Assembly: GCA_044892525.1 (NCBI GenBank)
Contig: CM097885.1
Location: 45,820,001-45,884,000, forward strand
Length of the DNA stretch: 64,000 nt
Reading direction: 5' to 3'
Source: Schmidtea polychroa
Lineage: Eukaryota
In this document: positions 48,614 through 63,855 of the stretch, one piece after another
Layout: every line of letters starts with the position of its first letter
Numbering within the stretch: the first letter of the stretch is position 1
The notes under the pieces: model-generated
Database searches by the model: none
The model's input: only the letters and a program-made list of their open reading frames with translations
What the model was told of the DNA's origin: nothing
Translations under genes and position numbers: made by a program

Positions 48614-49336
48614 ATGAATACTGAAAACGGACAACCCATCATAACATCGATAATCGAGTTGGAAGAGGGAGAAATTGAAATAGAAGAGGTGGAGAGGAAG
48701 AAAACTATCAAAGAAGAATTAAAAGAGGAGAGACAAGAAAACGAAAGATTAGTAGAAAGATGGAGAGACAATCGAAAAATGATCAAAGTATTAAAAAGGG
48801 AATATAACCTGCTAGACAAAGTAAAGAAAGAAGTAGAGGAAGAGAACGAATGGCTACACGAACAAAGAAAACGAGGGAGAAATTGGGAAAAGATCGCGGA
48901 AGAATTATGGCAGGAAAGAGCCAGCCTCAAGACCAATGAAGTGATTGAAGATTACTGGAAAACGGAAGCGAGGAAACGACAGGAAACTATCAGGAAACTA
49001 GAAAACCGGCTGGAAATAAAATTACAGGAAAGGGCAAAAATGGAAAAATGGAGCAATAAAGACAGAGAGATAGAGACAAAACAGCGGAAACAAAATCAAA
49101 AGACAAACGATCCAGAGGAAAATGATTTCCTACAACTAGAGCTGAAACGGAACCTGAATGAGAAGAAGAAGGAGATAGAAACCTTGAAAAGAGAAATAAG
49201 ATACTTGACAGACAAGGTCCAGGAGAAGGATAGGCAACTAGAAATATTGCCGGAACTCCGACATAGGGTCATTAAAGCAGAGTCTAAATTAATGCGAATC
49301 CGAGAGAAAGACCCTAAAAAGAAACGACAAAATTAA
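48614..49336 (+). CDS. Accessory coiled-coil protein (240 aa)
   Basis: Long open frame after TATAG|AAAATG. Confidence 0.65.
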   Translation: MNTENGQPIITSIIELEEGEIEIEEVERKKTIKEELKEERQENERLVERWRDNRKMIKVLKREYNLLDKVKKEVEEENEWLHEQRKRGRNWEKIAEELWQERASLKTNEVIEDYWKTEARKRQETIRKLENRLEIKLQERAKMEKWSNKDREIETKQRKQNQKTNDPEENDFLQLELKRNLNEKKKEIETLKREIRYLTDKVQEKDRQLEILPELRHRVIKAESKLMRIREKDPKKKRQN

Positions 49337-49379
49337 AACCACCAAAAAGCGATGTATATAAATGTGTATAAATAACTAA

Positions 49380-50054
49380 ATGTATATCAGTAGTATGAAA
49401 AACAAACCGATCATAATAATTCTGACGATGGCAATAATCCTTGATCTGACAAGGCGACAACCCGTAAAACCCGAAATCGAATATATTCGAGACAGCAGAA
49501 AATCCCACCAAAAGACCGAACCAACAGCCAAATCATGCATCTATCCAAGTACCATAAAAACCCGTCTTACCGACAATATTCGAGCCACCCGAACGTACGT
49601 CAACAATATCCGATTAATGTCTAATAACCACCCCATGTGCAAAATCATGGATAAAAGAATCCTGGACCAAATTCACCAACTCGATCAGCTAGAACAACAA
49701 GTCCAACATCAAGAAATACAAAACCCAGTCGAACCAGTAGAAATCGCCAAAGAAATAAATGACCACCATGAACTCCTCTACGTGGTAATCGTCGAAACCA
49801 CCGTAATCATGGTAATCACTCTCCTAAAAATCCATAATATCTACAAAGTTTGGAAGAAAAGTCACCCCGTACCGGAAAGATCATCTCGAAGATCCCAAGA
49901 AGCTAATATGGCTGACGTAATCCAAGAAAATCTCCGACAACGAACCTCCATCGCAGAAATAATCAGACCGTCCACAAGTCGCCAAATATATTACAACATC
50001 GAACCCCAACAACCAAATCACCCATCATCAACGGCAACTGAACAACAAACATAA
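49380..50054 (+). CDS. Accessory membrane protein
   Basis: Signal-like IIIILTMAIIL and TM-like LLYVVIVETTVIMVITLL. Confidence 0.6.
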   Translation: MYISSMKNKPIIIILTMAIILDLTRRQPVKPEIEYIRDSRKSHQKTEPTAKSCIYPSTIKTRLTDNIRATRTYVNNIRLMSNNHPMCKIMDKRILDQIHQLDQLEQQVQHQEIQNPVEPVEIAKEINDHHELLYVVIVETTVIMVITLLKIHNIYKVWKKSHPVPERSSRRSQEANMADVIQENLRQRTSIAEIIRPSTSRQIYYNIEPQQPNHPSSTATEQQT

Positions 50055-52404
50055 CATTTCGAACTGTAACTATTGACAAAATTATTGCTGTTTTATTGTC
50101 TTATAATGAAACCGGTCACCTTAAGTGGCCACTGCTTGCTTATATTTGTCATTTTCTCTGTTTAATTAAAGTATTTTTTTTGTTAATTTGATTTTATGTT
50201 TGTGTGGATTTTGATTGTGAGATTATGGGTTATACCGAAAGAAGGTATGATCTAAATGTATGATATTATGTGAATTGCGGGACGCAATTTAAACGGCCCC
50301 CGGAGTGATTTGTTGGGCCAAGCTCTGAAGGTGTTGGAAAAAACGAACCCAGGAAGAGATAGAGTAAATAAAATAAAAACATATAAAAATTACGAGAAAC
50401 ATAGGAAGAAACAAATTAAACATCCATAAAGAAACAAGAATAACTAAATAAAATAACAAAACCTTTAAAGGGGAAATAAGACAAAAGGGAAGGCACCCAA
50501 TGAGCACAACAGTAAAAGAGAAATAAAATGGCAGAAAATTTAAGAAAACAAACGAAAACTAAAGGAAAAACAAAATAAAAATAAAATCATCCATAAGGCT
50601 AATTAAAACAAAAAAATGAAGTTACAATAAAATAGCAATAAAACCGCAGAAAAATAGGAGAAAAATAATAAAAAATAGGAAAATAAATAAAACAATAATA
50701 GAAATAGGTAGGGTCATTAAAATATAACATACTATGATAAGAAAAACATAAAAATAATAATAAATAGCAAAATTACAAGCAAGGTGTGTCCTGATTGGAC
50801 GGAAAATAATATATAAAGAGCAACAAAAATCTGTAGAGTATCATTCTAACCCGAAACTCTACAGGTAAAATTTATTTAAAATCATTATCATTCTAACCCG
50901 AAACTCTACAGGACGAAACTAGGAACCACTCACGAGCACAGACTTACGAACGATATTCATACTTGGCATAACAGATATTACTTAGAGGCAAATACTAGTG
51001 GAGATCGAATCCAGTTGAGAAGAACCAGTCTAACTAAGAAAGAATTGATAAGACTTTGATTTAAATCCCAACACCTTCGGAGAATTTTGGTAAATTATGT
51101 CTGAATTTTTGTATGATATTTTTAATGTTTACTATGAAGTTAATATCAAAAGATCTTTTATGTTTCAATAAAATTTATATTTAAAAACCAAAAGATGTTG
51201 CTTTCTCTCTATGATGCTGGTGACGACGTCCTCTGGAGTTCGGGTATGATGCGGCTAAATTACGTATGCATTTCGGAGAGAGCTTATGAATATGAATACC
51301 CAGAAAGTGCATTGACAGACCCAGCCAAGTATCTACATGAATATGGGTACTACAATGATTACTAAATGAATATAAAAACCTACGTTAGCAAGAGTCATCA
51401 TACCCGGAATCCAGATGGCGTGGCCGCCAGGTAAACATTTATTTATTTGATTTTGCGTTTAACTTTCGTTATTTCCATATTTGTTTGACAGTAATATGAA
51501 TTATTAATTGCACATTTATTGGGGAAGAATTTGGGTGAAGTCGGGTCGAGTTATCCTTCACGACGGTCCAGGGGCAGTAGGCAGAAATGCGTACTGTCCT
51601 TGGGTGGTTTGGGAGGGGTAAGGAAACCCTGTGAGAGAAAACAAATCGAGTCAACGATCCTTTCATCGAGTGATATCCATAAAATTAGCCTTCGAAAACT
51701 TTCTATTGAGGGAGCTTCTGAGCGATACGGTTTTGATGCCGACAATACGCTGACTGGAAATTACAGGAGATCGACCACATTTTCGATATTTAATCCGAGT
51801 TTGAGTTCGGCCATATCCCATTCAGAGTAAGGTCACCTCCTGTTGTCAGAATATGAATACCGACTATCCTTGAGGGTGATGAAATTCTCGAACTTCACTG
51901 ATAATTCTAACGCCCATTTCCGTTTTCTTGATGAATGATAAAAATCTGGAATATTCTACATTCCTAAGGATGGATAAATTAAGAAAGCGTTAGCGATTAA
52001 ACCCATCGCGGTGATATGTCATTTGACGAGTAGGAGACTTAATTATCAACCTTCGATTAGCTACTATCATCGATAAGGATTCGCCCTGACAGGAAAGTAA
52101 ACAGCAAAGTTCTAATTAATCATAAGCACTAATATAGTCCTAAAGGAAATTATCATTCGACCAATTCGAACCAATTATCGATAAATTTTTCCATCTGATC
52201 GAGAAACGACTATTGTAGAGAAGCAAGCAGCATAGATAAAATAGTCCAGCGGTTCGACTGTGGAACGACCTGCGCCAAATCGATGAGACGATTAGGTTTT
52301 TGAGAATAGTCAACAACACAAGAGTTAAATCCATTTTTTAACCGATAACCGATTTGGACAATCTTGAAATCACAACAATCGTTACTTCTTCCATTCGTCT
52401 AGCC

Positions 52405-52854
52405 CAGTGCTCTTCAACCTTTCGCAGTCGTCGGAACCCTTCCAAAAACTTTCGCAGTCGTCGGAACCCTTCCAATAAAAATTTCCTCATGTATATGTGG
52501 GCATGTATATATGTATTCAATTGGGGTTGTCGATGTGGTAATTTATAAAAAAATAATGCACTTTATAATATAAAATTATTTTATTTAAATAATTAATGGC
52601 AAAAATATAAAGTTTAACATAAAAAAAATAGAAATTTGATATTAAATGGTACTCAATGACTAGGTTGAGCCTGTTTTTTGCTACAAATTACATTGAAATC
52701 TGGTACAATTCTTTTATACTATAAAATATAAATTATTATATGTTTATTTATATTGAAAACTTTTTTTATAAGAAATCATAAAATTTGTTCGCGGAACCCA
52801 TAATTTTTTATACGGAACCCAAGGGTTCCGCGGAACCCAGGTTGAAGAACACTG
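52405..52854. mobile_element. hAT (Charlie-like) MITE, 450 bp
   Basis: TIRs CAGTGCTCTTCAACCT / AGGTTGAAGAACACTG; 8-bp TSD GTCTAGCC at 52397-52404 and 52855-52862; empty site in the 5' LTR. Confidence 0.95.
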
Positions 52855-53694
52855 GTCTAGCCCATCTACTAATAACGCTGTAACTGAGATAAGCAGACCC
52901 AAACCTACACACAGATAAATCCACTAGTACAAGGGACGTGAGTGATTTGACATCATCATTGCGTCATAGTAGAATGTGTTAGTAGGCATGCATAAATAAG
53001 CGACGAGATCAAAGTACACTAACAGACACAATGCCTAGAAGTTGTTAAGTGGGGGGGGGGGGGGGCAGCGATAATTGAATCAGACGAGGTAATACACATT
53101 AGTGCACATCAGGTAGAGCCTGAAACCAGTACACGACTACATACCGATATGCGTCGTTATGACAACATGAAATGCGAAAATTTAAGTAATTGAATTATAA
53201 TTTATGAGGGAAATTAATACTTATAATAAATTTTAACGAATTCGTTTTAACTTAATACAGCGCAAAGTGCACCAACAGTATGGAACTACTTCTTTTAAAT
53301 TAAGGCAGGCATAACTCGATAAGCCATAAAAACCAGGGAGTAGACCCACGTTTAATAGGTCATAGTAAATAGAAGGGGAAAAAATTATATCAGTGGTAAG
53401 AAGTAACTTATTGCGATTAGATGATAATTGTCGGCCCAGGAACCTAGGTACAATATCAATATGAGTAGAGAAATAACGTGTGATGGTTCTCATTTTTCTT
53501 TTCATTACGAACGATGGGGTGAGTTGATTTGAAGGTTTACGGTTTGGATGAGTTAAATGATGTCAAAGGTATGGATGTTGGGGGGACAATCCTGATTGTA
53601 TGCATATGTGGTAGGATGAAGCTCACGTTAAAAGAAGAAAATAAATAATAGAAAGGATTTTAACGATGTAAATAAAGGACTTCTCATTCTTTAG

Positions 53695-54456
53695 ATGACC
53701 ACTTCTACAACTGCTGAGAAAACTCTTCGCCCATGTTTCTCCTGCGCAGATAAAAATGCAGATATCGCGCAGCTCCATCTATACATCGGGGCTTTAAAGA
53801 AAAGAATCGACCTTTACGAAGGCACATGGTTCTCCCCGCCACAAATGAAGGAGGAGAGAAGTAAAATATTGCGGCTAGAACATTGTAGAGATAGCTTGCT
53901 GGAGGAGAGCCGATGCCAACGGCTTACAATCAAAGCCCAATCAGAAGTCCTCCACAAGGTTTATACGGAGGCAGAACTAGCCAAGCGGGTACGGGAATTT
54001 CCCGTCATAGAGAAAATGAACGTTTTCCCTCTCCATCACCAAGTATCCAAACCGACTACTACGAGCTGCCAAGGGCATGGATCATGCCTACCGCCCATTC
54101 CAGCTCCAACCTTATCGGGTTATCAACCCTTGGTAGGTGGACCTACCGATCCCATCTTGGCTCCAATTCTGGTGGCACCCGTCGTCACCCCGCACACTGA
54201 CAATCCCCCGTCGTCTCGCAAACGGAAACGGCCAACCCGAGCCGAGAAAAATCAGAAACGCCGAGATGCGATGGCTGCTCTCGAGGCGTCACTATCTGTA
54301 GCTCAATCTACCATAAGAGAAATATCCTCCAGCCATTCCATCCCTACTAAGGAAATCTTTCGTGTAATACCGGCAGAAGGCATCAAGTACATTTCTAACC
54401 CACCATTGCCGGTCGATATCGACGAAATGCTTGCGGACGGAGAACCCTTCGATTGA
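53695..54456 (+). CDS. Second copy of the LTR-encoded 253-aa ORF
   Basis: Three amino-acid differences from 26778-27539. Confidence 0.6.
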   Translation: MTTSTTAEKTLRPCFSCADKNADIAQLHLYIGALKKRIDLYEGTWFSPPQMKEERSKILRLEHCRDSLLEESRCQRLTIKAQSEVLHKVYTEAELAKRVREFPVIEKMNVFPLHHQVSKPTTTSCQGHGSCLPPIPAPTLSGYQPLVGGPTDPILAPILVAPVVTPHTDNPPSSRKRKRPTRAEKNQKRRDAMAALEASLSVAQSTIREISSSHSIPTKEIFRVIPAEGIKYISNPPLPVDIDEMLADGEPFD

Positions 54457-54976
54457 TCAATTCAAAGGTGCCTTGTTCTATGCATGGTCCCGAAGTGAAC
54501 TTGAGTGTTTATAAATGCTGTATGTTTACATGCAAAACAGTCTTGATTATTCTGCGTGTAATGATTTGTTATGAGTTAATACATCTCTTATTGTTTCTGA
54601 CGATTGATTTTAACAGGTGAGATATCGAAGTTGACACGAGTGAAAGGATGATGTCGAATGTAAGTGATGATACAAGGTCGTCCCCTTGGACCAGGGTCGG
54701 ACTGAATTATGTATGTAGAACTGGGTAAGACCTTCTAAGGCGCCATGGAACCCGAACCGAGAAAGGGTTAGGAGTAGTCTTAAGGCAGAGGCTCACCTGC
54801 TAACCTTTTCCAACCCGTGTGAGCAGCACCAACGTGGAACATCACCACGGGCTCATGCGTGGGAATACGTACATGATCATTTGGTGTATGTATGGGGAGT
54901 ATCTGAGCGGAGTAATGATGCATGGGGTGTGTGATGGTAATGCGTGCAATAATTTTCCTTTCCCCACATACGCCAA

Positions 54977-55114
<138 letters not shown>

Positions 55115-55349
55115 GTTTTATTATTTTTAAATATGTTTTATATTATTAGAATATTAAAAAATTCAGTCATGCACGGTGCATGATCCGTACATGATTAATA
55201 GTAATTGTAATGGTAATAATAATAATAAATTTAATTGTACTTTATTCTAAGACTGACCGGTTTCGCAAGTAATTAGAATAAATATTTGTTTAACATATCA
55301 ATTTTACAGGTTTATATAAACTTATTATTTATATAAGTTCGTAAAGTTG

Positions 55350-55759
55350 TCTCTGAAAAATCAAAAACCCAAAATGAACAATTCGATGAACAATTCCAGT
55401 AATATTTACGTGCTCTCTTAACGAACAGCAATGGTAATTTATTATTATTATTATTAATATTTCTAATTATTTATTTTCAGATAATTTAGATTGGTATGAT
55501 GTGTCTGAAAATGAAGAACTGTTGGATTTGGAACATATTTTCGGTGAATTTTTTAAATTTGAGTTATTAATATTATTATTGTCTTAGAACCAATAACAAT
55601 TGAAGATGATGACGATGCTTCAATTATTATTATTGAGGACGATGTTTTAGGTAAATTTATTTATTTATTTATTAAATTATTTAATAAATTATTATTGATA
55701 CAGAAAATGATGCCACCGTTTCTATTGAGGAGGAAACAGATTTGGAGGAAACTTGTTAG
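55350..55759 (+). pseudogene. Small acidic multi-exon Maverick gene
   Basis: Three phase-1 GT-AG introns (55434-55480, 55544-55587, 55651-55703) and two 63-nt exons read in frame; an upstream in-frame TAA and no clear start. Confidence 0.5.
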
Positions 55760-55971
55760 TATTAATTTATTTTTAAGTATATTTTTTATAAAGTTTATTT
55801 TTAAGTCTATTTTATAAGCTTTAAATGTATATAAATAAATATTAATACTATAATGTCAGTATATGATGTATATAAGTATGTATATAAAATATACAGTATA
55901 TAAATATTTATGCTAATTTTTTTTTCTATCGTCATATAGTTTGCAGTCAGCATGCAGCTATTGTCTTCTGA

Positions 55972-57885
<1,914 letters not shown>

Positions 57886-58085
57886 ATGCCCCATATAAAT
57901 ATCAATAAATACATGATAATAATATTGAATAAAAACATTGCAATAACTCTACAATATAATTACATTATGAATACACTTTTTATGATTAATATTTTTTCAA
58001 TAATTTATAAATATATTTGATATATATTTATAATTTATCAGGTCCATTATACCCACGATACTGTGTATCGTCAATCTGACATAGT

Positions 58086-60585
58086 TTGATATGCCACAAA
58101 AATATGAAGAAATATTATCGCCAACCTTTTAATGGCATCAACTTTTTTATTTGCCCCATATGCAAAACTTCCCAGAGTGTAAGGTATAAGGAATTTTATA
58201 GTCAACATTCTCAGCACTTAAATTCTTTCAAAACAAATAAACAAGAACTGTTTAAAATAATAAATAAGAATAACATTGAAATTGTAAATATTTTAAATAA
58301 TAACACAAAAAAGAAATCTAATAAAAGACCTGCTGATCATAGGGTGTCTAAAATTAAAAATAAAATTATAAAAACTGAAGTCATTGAGATCAGTGACGAC
58401 GAAATTATTAAAAATGAAGTCATTCTACTCAGTGATGACGAATGTAATAATATTATATATACTATAAATCATGATATTATAAATGATAATATTAATACTA
58501 TAAATACTATAAATGAAAATATAAATAATGATAATACTATAAATACTATAAATCAAATAGGTGGATCATCTTTAGCGATTGAGCCGATAATAGAATCAAA
58601 TTTAAATGGCGCCATTCGAACTATTCGATTTGATATTGCCGATTCACAATTAATTAAAATTATAATAACGATATAGGATCACTGAAAAGTTAACATTTGA
58701 AATAAATAACATGGGTAGCGTCAAAATTCCATTCGCTATTCTTATAAGATTTGAAAAAGATGGGGAAATCCGTGACAACTACTTTTCAAATAAAGCCGAG
58801 ATCTTTTCGGATAACTTTTTAATTGAGGGGGTTAATAAGTTAAACGAAAAAATTGAAAAGTTTACCTATTTAGGTAGTGGCTGGAGAGTAATTAATATAT
58901 TAGAGATTGATTTCATTCTGACTAAATTTGCTCCTATTTGTCGCCTATCTGGTCATAGTTACATTCGTACACCTGCAGATTTGAAATCTAAAGGAGCAAT
59001 TATAAATGTTAAAAATAAGGATCATAAGTGTTTTCTATATAGTATTCTCGCGCTCTTGAAAAAAGATGAAATAGGTAGCCACCCTGAAAGAGTTTCAAAA
59101 TATGAAAATCTTTTAAATATTCTTAATTACAATGAAGTCATGGATTGTCCGATGAAATTGTGTAATATACCTAAATTCGAAAAGAAAAATTTAGACTTAA
59201 ATCTCGCCATAAATGTTCTGGCTTATACCCCTACTGTGATAGTTGATGATGATCAGGTTCCTAATGACTATGTTTTTAAACACCCCCACTTAAGTATAAT
59301 TCACAGATCAACGGTTACTGGCGGTACTCCAATTTATTTATTACTCTTGGAAAATAAGGATAATTATCATTACACCGCAGTGACCAACATTACACGTTTA
59401 ATGAACTGCCATCGTAATAATGACTGTAGTATTCAAATAAGATGCAAATGGTGCCCACATTGTCTTAACGGTTTTCGAATGGACAATGCTTTCACTAAAC
59501 ATGTGGCCCTATGCAGTAAAAATCAAACGGGTACAACCCTTTACACTTTACCCGAAAATAAATATTTAGTGTTTCAAAATCATTCAAAGAGAATCACCCC
59601 ACCTTTTGTTATTTATGCCGATTTTGAATCGGTTTTACCTAAAGATGTTAAACATCATCAAATACATTTACCTATTTCAGCAGGTCTTTTATTAATAAAT
59701 AATCTTAACAATAGAAAATCGTATTACGAGTTTTATGGTCTTGATTGTATACCTCAATTTCTTAAAAAAGTAGAGCAAATTGCTGTCACAATTGTCCTAC
59801 CTTATTATGAGCTTGAAGGGAAAAAACGGTTAGGACCTATGACTTTTGCTGAGGAACGACAATTCAAATCTTGTAGGAACTGCTATCTTTGCAAGAAGGT
59901 TTTATCCCTTGCTGTTCGAGATCATGACCATTTTACTGGTAATTATCTCGGTGCAGCCTGTAGGAAATGTAATATGGCTCGCAGAATTTATAAACAGCTG
60001 CCGATTGTATTTCATAATTTACGAGGCTACGACTTACACCATATTTTAAAATATGGTCTCAATGGCTTTCCTTCTTGGAATTTGAATATAATACCCACAA
60101 GCACAGAGAAATTTATCTCGATGATTGTTCACATTAAAAAATTAGCTGTTCGTTTTATCGACAGCATACAATTTGTTAATTGTTCTTTGGCTAAGGCTGT
60201 AAAAACTCTAACTGATCTTCCTTTGACTTCGTCGGTTTTTGATAGGCTAATAATAGATGCTAAAGCCATATTTCCTTATGATTATGCGACTGATTTGGAT
60301 GTACTTGAAACCACTTATGAATTGCCTCCTATTTGGTCTGGTGTTACTGAAGATGAGTATGCTAAGGCTCAACTTATTTGGACTCAACAACGTTGTACTA
60401 AATTGGCTGACTATATGTTAACTTATCAAAAATTGGATGTATTCCTCCTTGCGGACTATTTCCAACAATTCCGTGCCAAGGCCATTGCATACAATGGTCT
60501 AGAACCTCTAAACTTTTATGGTATTCCGGGTATATCATGGGCCTCAGCGCTTATGACATTAACTGAGCCTATAGAACTTTTACAG
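58086..60585 (+). pseudogene. Maverick pPolB, N-terminal and exonuclease half; polymerase domain missing
   Basis: GSGW, KCFLYSILA, YADFES, RDHDHFTG.YLGAAC.KCN, FHNLRGYD, FIDS, FPYDY, DVFLLADYF; cut off by a Penelope-like sequence. Confidence 0.88.
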
Positions 60586-61770
60586 AACCAACAGAGGCTA
60601 TTCAATGTTTAGAAAAGAAATTAAAAGAAAGCAACTTGTTAATAAAGGAAATGAATATCGAGAATATCACCAAACTACTTACTGTTATCCTCGAGAACAC
60701 CTATTTTACCTTTGAACAAAATATCTATAAACAAGTTAAAGGTCTGCCTATGGGTTCTAGCATATCAGGACTGCTAGCAATCATCTTTATGGATAACCTC
60801 GAACGACAGACACTGAGGACCATACAACCCATCGGTTTCTATGCAAGATATGTAGATGATATCTTCATCTTGACCAAAAACAGAAAAGAAGCGGAGGAAA
60901 TATTTCATTCATTCAATGCGGCTCATCAAGATATTAAGTTCGAAATCGAATATCCGGAAGAAGATGGATCCCTCAATTTATTGGATTTGAGAATCAAAAT
61001 AGAAGAAAATACTCCAACATACGGGTCCTACAGAAAACCAGCTCGCAAAGAAATATTTATGCACCAAAGATCAGCGCTTCCATACTTACAGAAAGTAAAT
61101 GTCATAAGAAACGAGAAACGAAGAATAGCCAATCGTTGCACGGAGAAAAACGAAAACTTTAAAGAGCAATCAAATTTCAATAAAATCCTACACCGAAACG
61201 GATACCAAGGTGAGGACATTGAAAGAATGAATTCTACCCCAAGAAGATCTAGGGAATTAACACAAAAGAATCAGAAATATTTCTATCTGAATATCCCATA
61301 CTCGACTTCAAGATCCTGAAAGAACTTAAACGTACCGGTCTTCCAATTCGGATAGCACATAAATCTTGGACATTGAGAAGGGCTCTGGCAGGCAACATAA
61401 ATAGAGAAAACAATTGCACAATGAAAAACTGCCAGACACCGAAAGATATGTGCTTTAGAAAAAACATCGTCTATTGCATCACGTGCAATGTATGCAATGA
61501 AATCTACATTGGAAGTACCCTCAGGACATTGCACCAAAGAGTTAAAGAACATCTAGATCCTGGTGGAACATCCTCGTTGGGCAGACATCTCCGGTAGTGT
61601 CAGCCAACAGAGGAAAGAAAAAATATTTCAATAGAAATCATAGCTAATGGAAACATCCAAAAGAAAAATGTCAGAATCAAAGAAGCAATTCTCATAATAA
61701 ACAGACAGCCAAAGATCAACACTAAAGAAGAAATCAATGAAATCATGAATTTGATCTGTTGTCATTGACT
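60586..61770 (+). mobile_element. 5'-truncated Penelope-like retroelement (RT and GIY-YIG endonuclease), decayed
   Basis: YKQVKGLPMGSSISG, RYVDDIF, LNLLDL, YRKP; NIVYCITCNVCNEIYIGSTLRTLHQRVKEH. Frameshift near 61300 and stop at 61595. Confidence 0.9.
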
Positions 61771-62289
61771 TTGAGAATAACTGACAATATACAAAGAAAT
61801 TAAAAAAATAAGAATAAATTAAAAAGTAATAATTAGAATAATATAGAAAAAAATTTTAAGAAATAGGGTTTGAAAATCAAAATTGACACATTTATTGAAA
61901 TATTTAAATAGCATATATAAGTAGTTATTGGAGGCTTTATTTAAAATATTTTCAAATATTTTATTAGGCTTCTAGAAGCTAATTATAGAAGCTGTAAAAA
62001 ATTTAAAAATTTTAGTTTGTGTCATTTTGAAATTTTAAATGTAAAAATTATAAAAAAATTTTAAAAGTTTTTAGTAAAACAATTCATTATATTTACAACC
62101 AATGAGAATTAAGAGAAAGGAAATAAAAGAAAGATTGAAGGGTATTTTGAAGAAGAACATTGCCAAATTCCAGGAGATTGACAAGGACTATCGTATAGTC
62201 GAAAATTCTTTCATTATTTGCAGCAAAAGGCTTAAATTATCATTTTATTGTTTTAAATAATAAATGCTGCTACCAAGCAATCATCATTT

Positions 62290-62290
<1 letters not shown>

Positions 62291-62379
<89 letters not shown>

Positions 62380-62975
62380 GTAATTTCTTATGAAGATTTA
62401 TATTAAAGTGATTCAAAGCTGATTTATGAAATTGCTTGAACCTTTTAAATGTAATTATTTTTCTTATATTGTATATCAAATATTTTCAAAAAAAAAAAAC
62501 TTACATCACCAAATTATTACTTAAAAATTTCATAAAATAAAGTTTTAATTTTTAATATATATCATAAAAATTAATTAACGAATTTGATTGTGAATTGAAC
62601 GGAAGTTGAAATGAGAGCTAATTTGCAATATTTATTCACCTAGCAATGAATACATGATTTTTCATTAAGTTCAATGAAATTATTCATCATTAGCATAAAA
62701 TGCACAATTATATCAATAAAATTTATAAATCGATAAAGCAGGCATTAGCATAATTATTTGTGATTGTATCAGAATCTATTTTAGAATATTATAGAAATAT
62801 GAATAAAAAGAGTAAAATTAATTTTCATTAATATGTAATCCTTTAAAAAAAAAATTGACCTTGACTTTAAAAAATTTGACCTTGACCTTAAAAAATTTGA
62901 CCTTGACCTTTAAAAAAAGACCTTGACCTTAAAATTTGACCTTGACCTGTCCTGGAGGTGACACATCTTACTACT
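62291..62975 (-). repeat. Right terminal inverted repeat of the Maverick
   Basis: Reverse complement of 14791-15463. Confidence 0.95.
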
Positions 62976-63319
62976 GTTGAATTATAGAAATATAGAGACC
63001 TACTCATGAAAATACCCATCAAATTGCTCATAGAATCATTGACATTCTTGTGATTTTGATTGTTATTGTCATATCGATTTTATAAATGTACTATAAGTTT
63101 GTTTAACTTTTTTTATTGTTATGGTTTTAAATAATAAATATCATAAATAAACTTACTACCGTCTCCCCCCCCCCAGGAGTATGCGCGCGCATCATAATCG
63201 AATAGATTGCACATGCGCAACTTATTCAAATAGATTGCGCACGCAATTTATTGTAAAAATGTATTAAAAAAATGCATTAAAAAAATTTCTATTTAAATTA
63301 GAATGCGTCAGGTGAGAAT

Positions 63320-63774
63320 GAAATTCAAAAGCTCGCAGTATAGACTTCATACGCTTACCCGACCGTAAAGGAAGTCGTATACAAACGGTTTAATGCCAAA
63401 ACGTAAATCATTAAAAATGCTTCAAACATTTAAATATATGGCTAAGCCACATCCACTAACTTGCGTTAATGAATAATAATATTGGTTCAATTACGAGGAT
63501 GCCACATAATATCATGATTTTTAGGCGAGATTCAGACTAAGAGATGTTCAGTCTTAATCTCTAGGATGGTAGCTTTGAGCCACTAACCTTTCGATCAAGC
63601 ATATTTACCAGTGATCGGAATCTGCAGTTCTTCTCGCACTGAGTAGTATTACTATTATCATGACAAATTATATAGTAGGGTAAAACTAACCTGTCTAACG
63701 ACGGTCTAAACCCAGCTTAAGTTCCTTATTAACTTGTGAATAATTAAACGCTTCGCGAATTCTGCTTCGCAATC

Positions 63775-63806
<32 letters not shown>

Positions 63807-63855
63807 AGACGTCGCTATGAACACTTGGCACCACAAGCCAGTTATCCCTGTAGTA
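63320..63855 (-). pseudogene. Decayed 28S rRNA 3'-region fragment
   Basis: GGAAGAGCCGACATCGAAGGATCAAAAAG, CACAAGCCAGTTATCCCTG and GTAGGGTAAAACTAACCTGTCT match the antisense of LSU rRNA with many substitutions. Left limit approximate. Confidence 0.85.

Noticed and set aside
31130..49511. Many short minus-strand ORFs opposite the retroelement genes
   Set aside because: F/L/S-rich shadows of the strongly A-rich coding strand, with no motifs.
63320..63855. Functional rDNA unit or canonical R2 insertion
   Set aside because: Short fragment with substitutions in conserved positions; the R2 target TTAAGG/TAGC is not at the junction.
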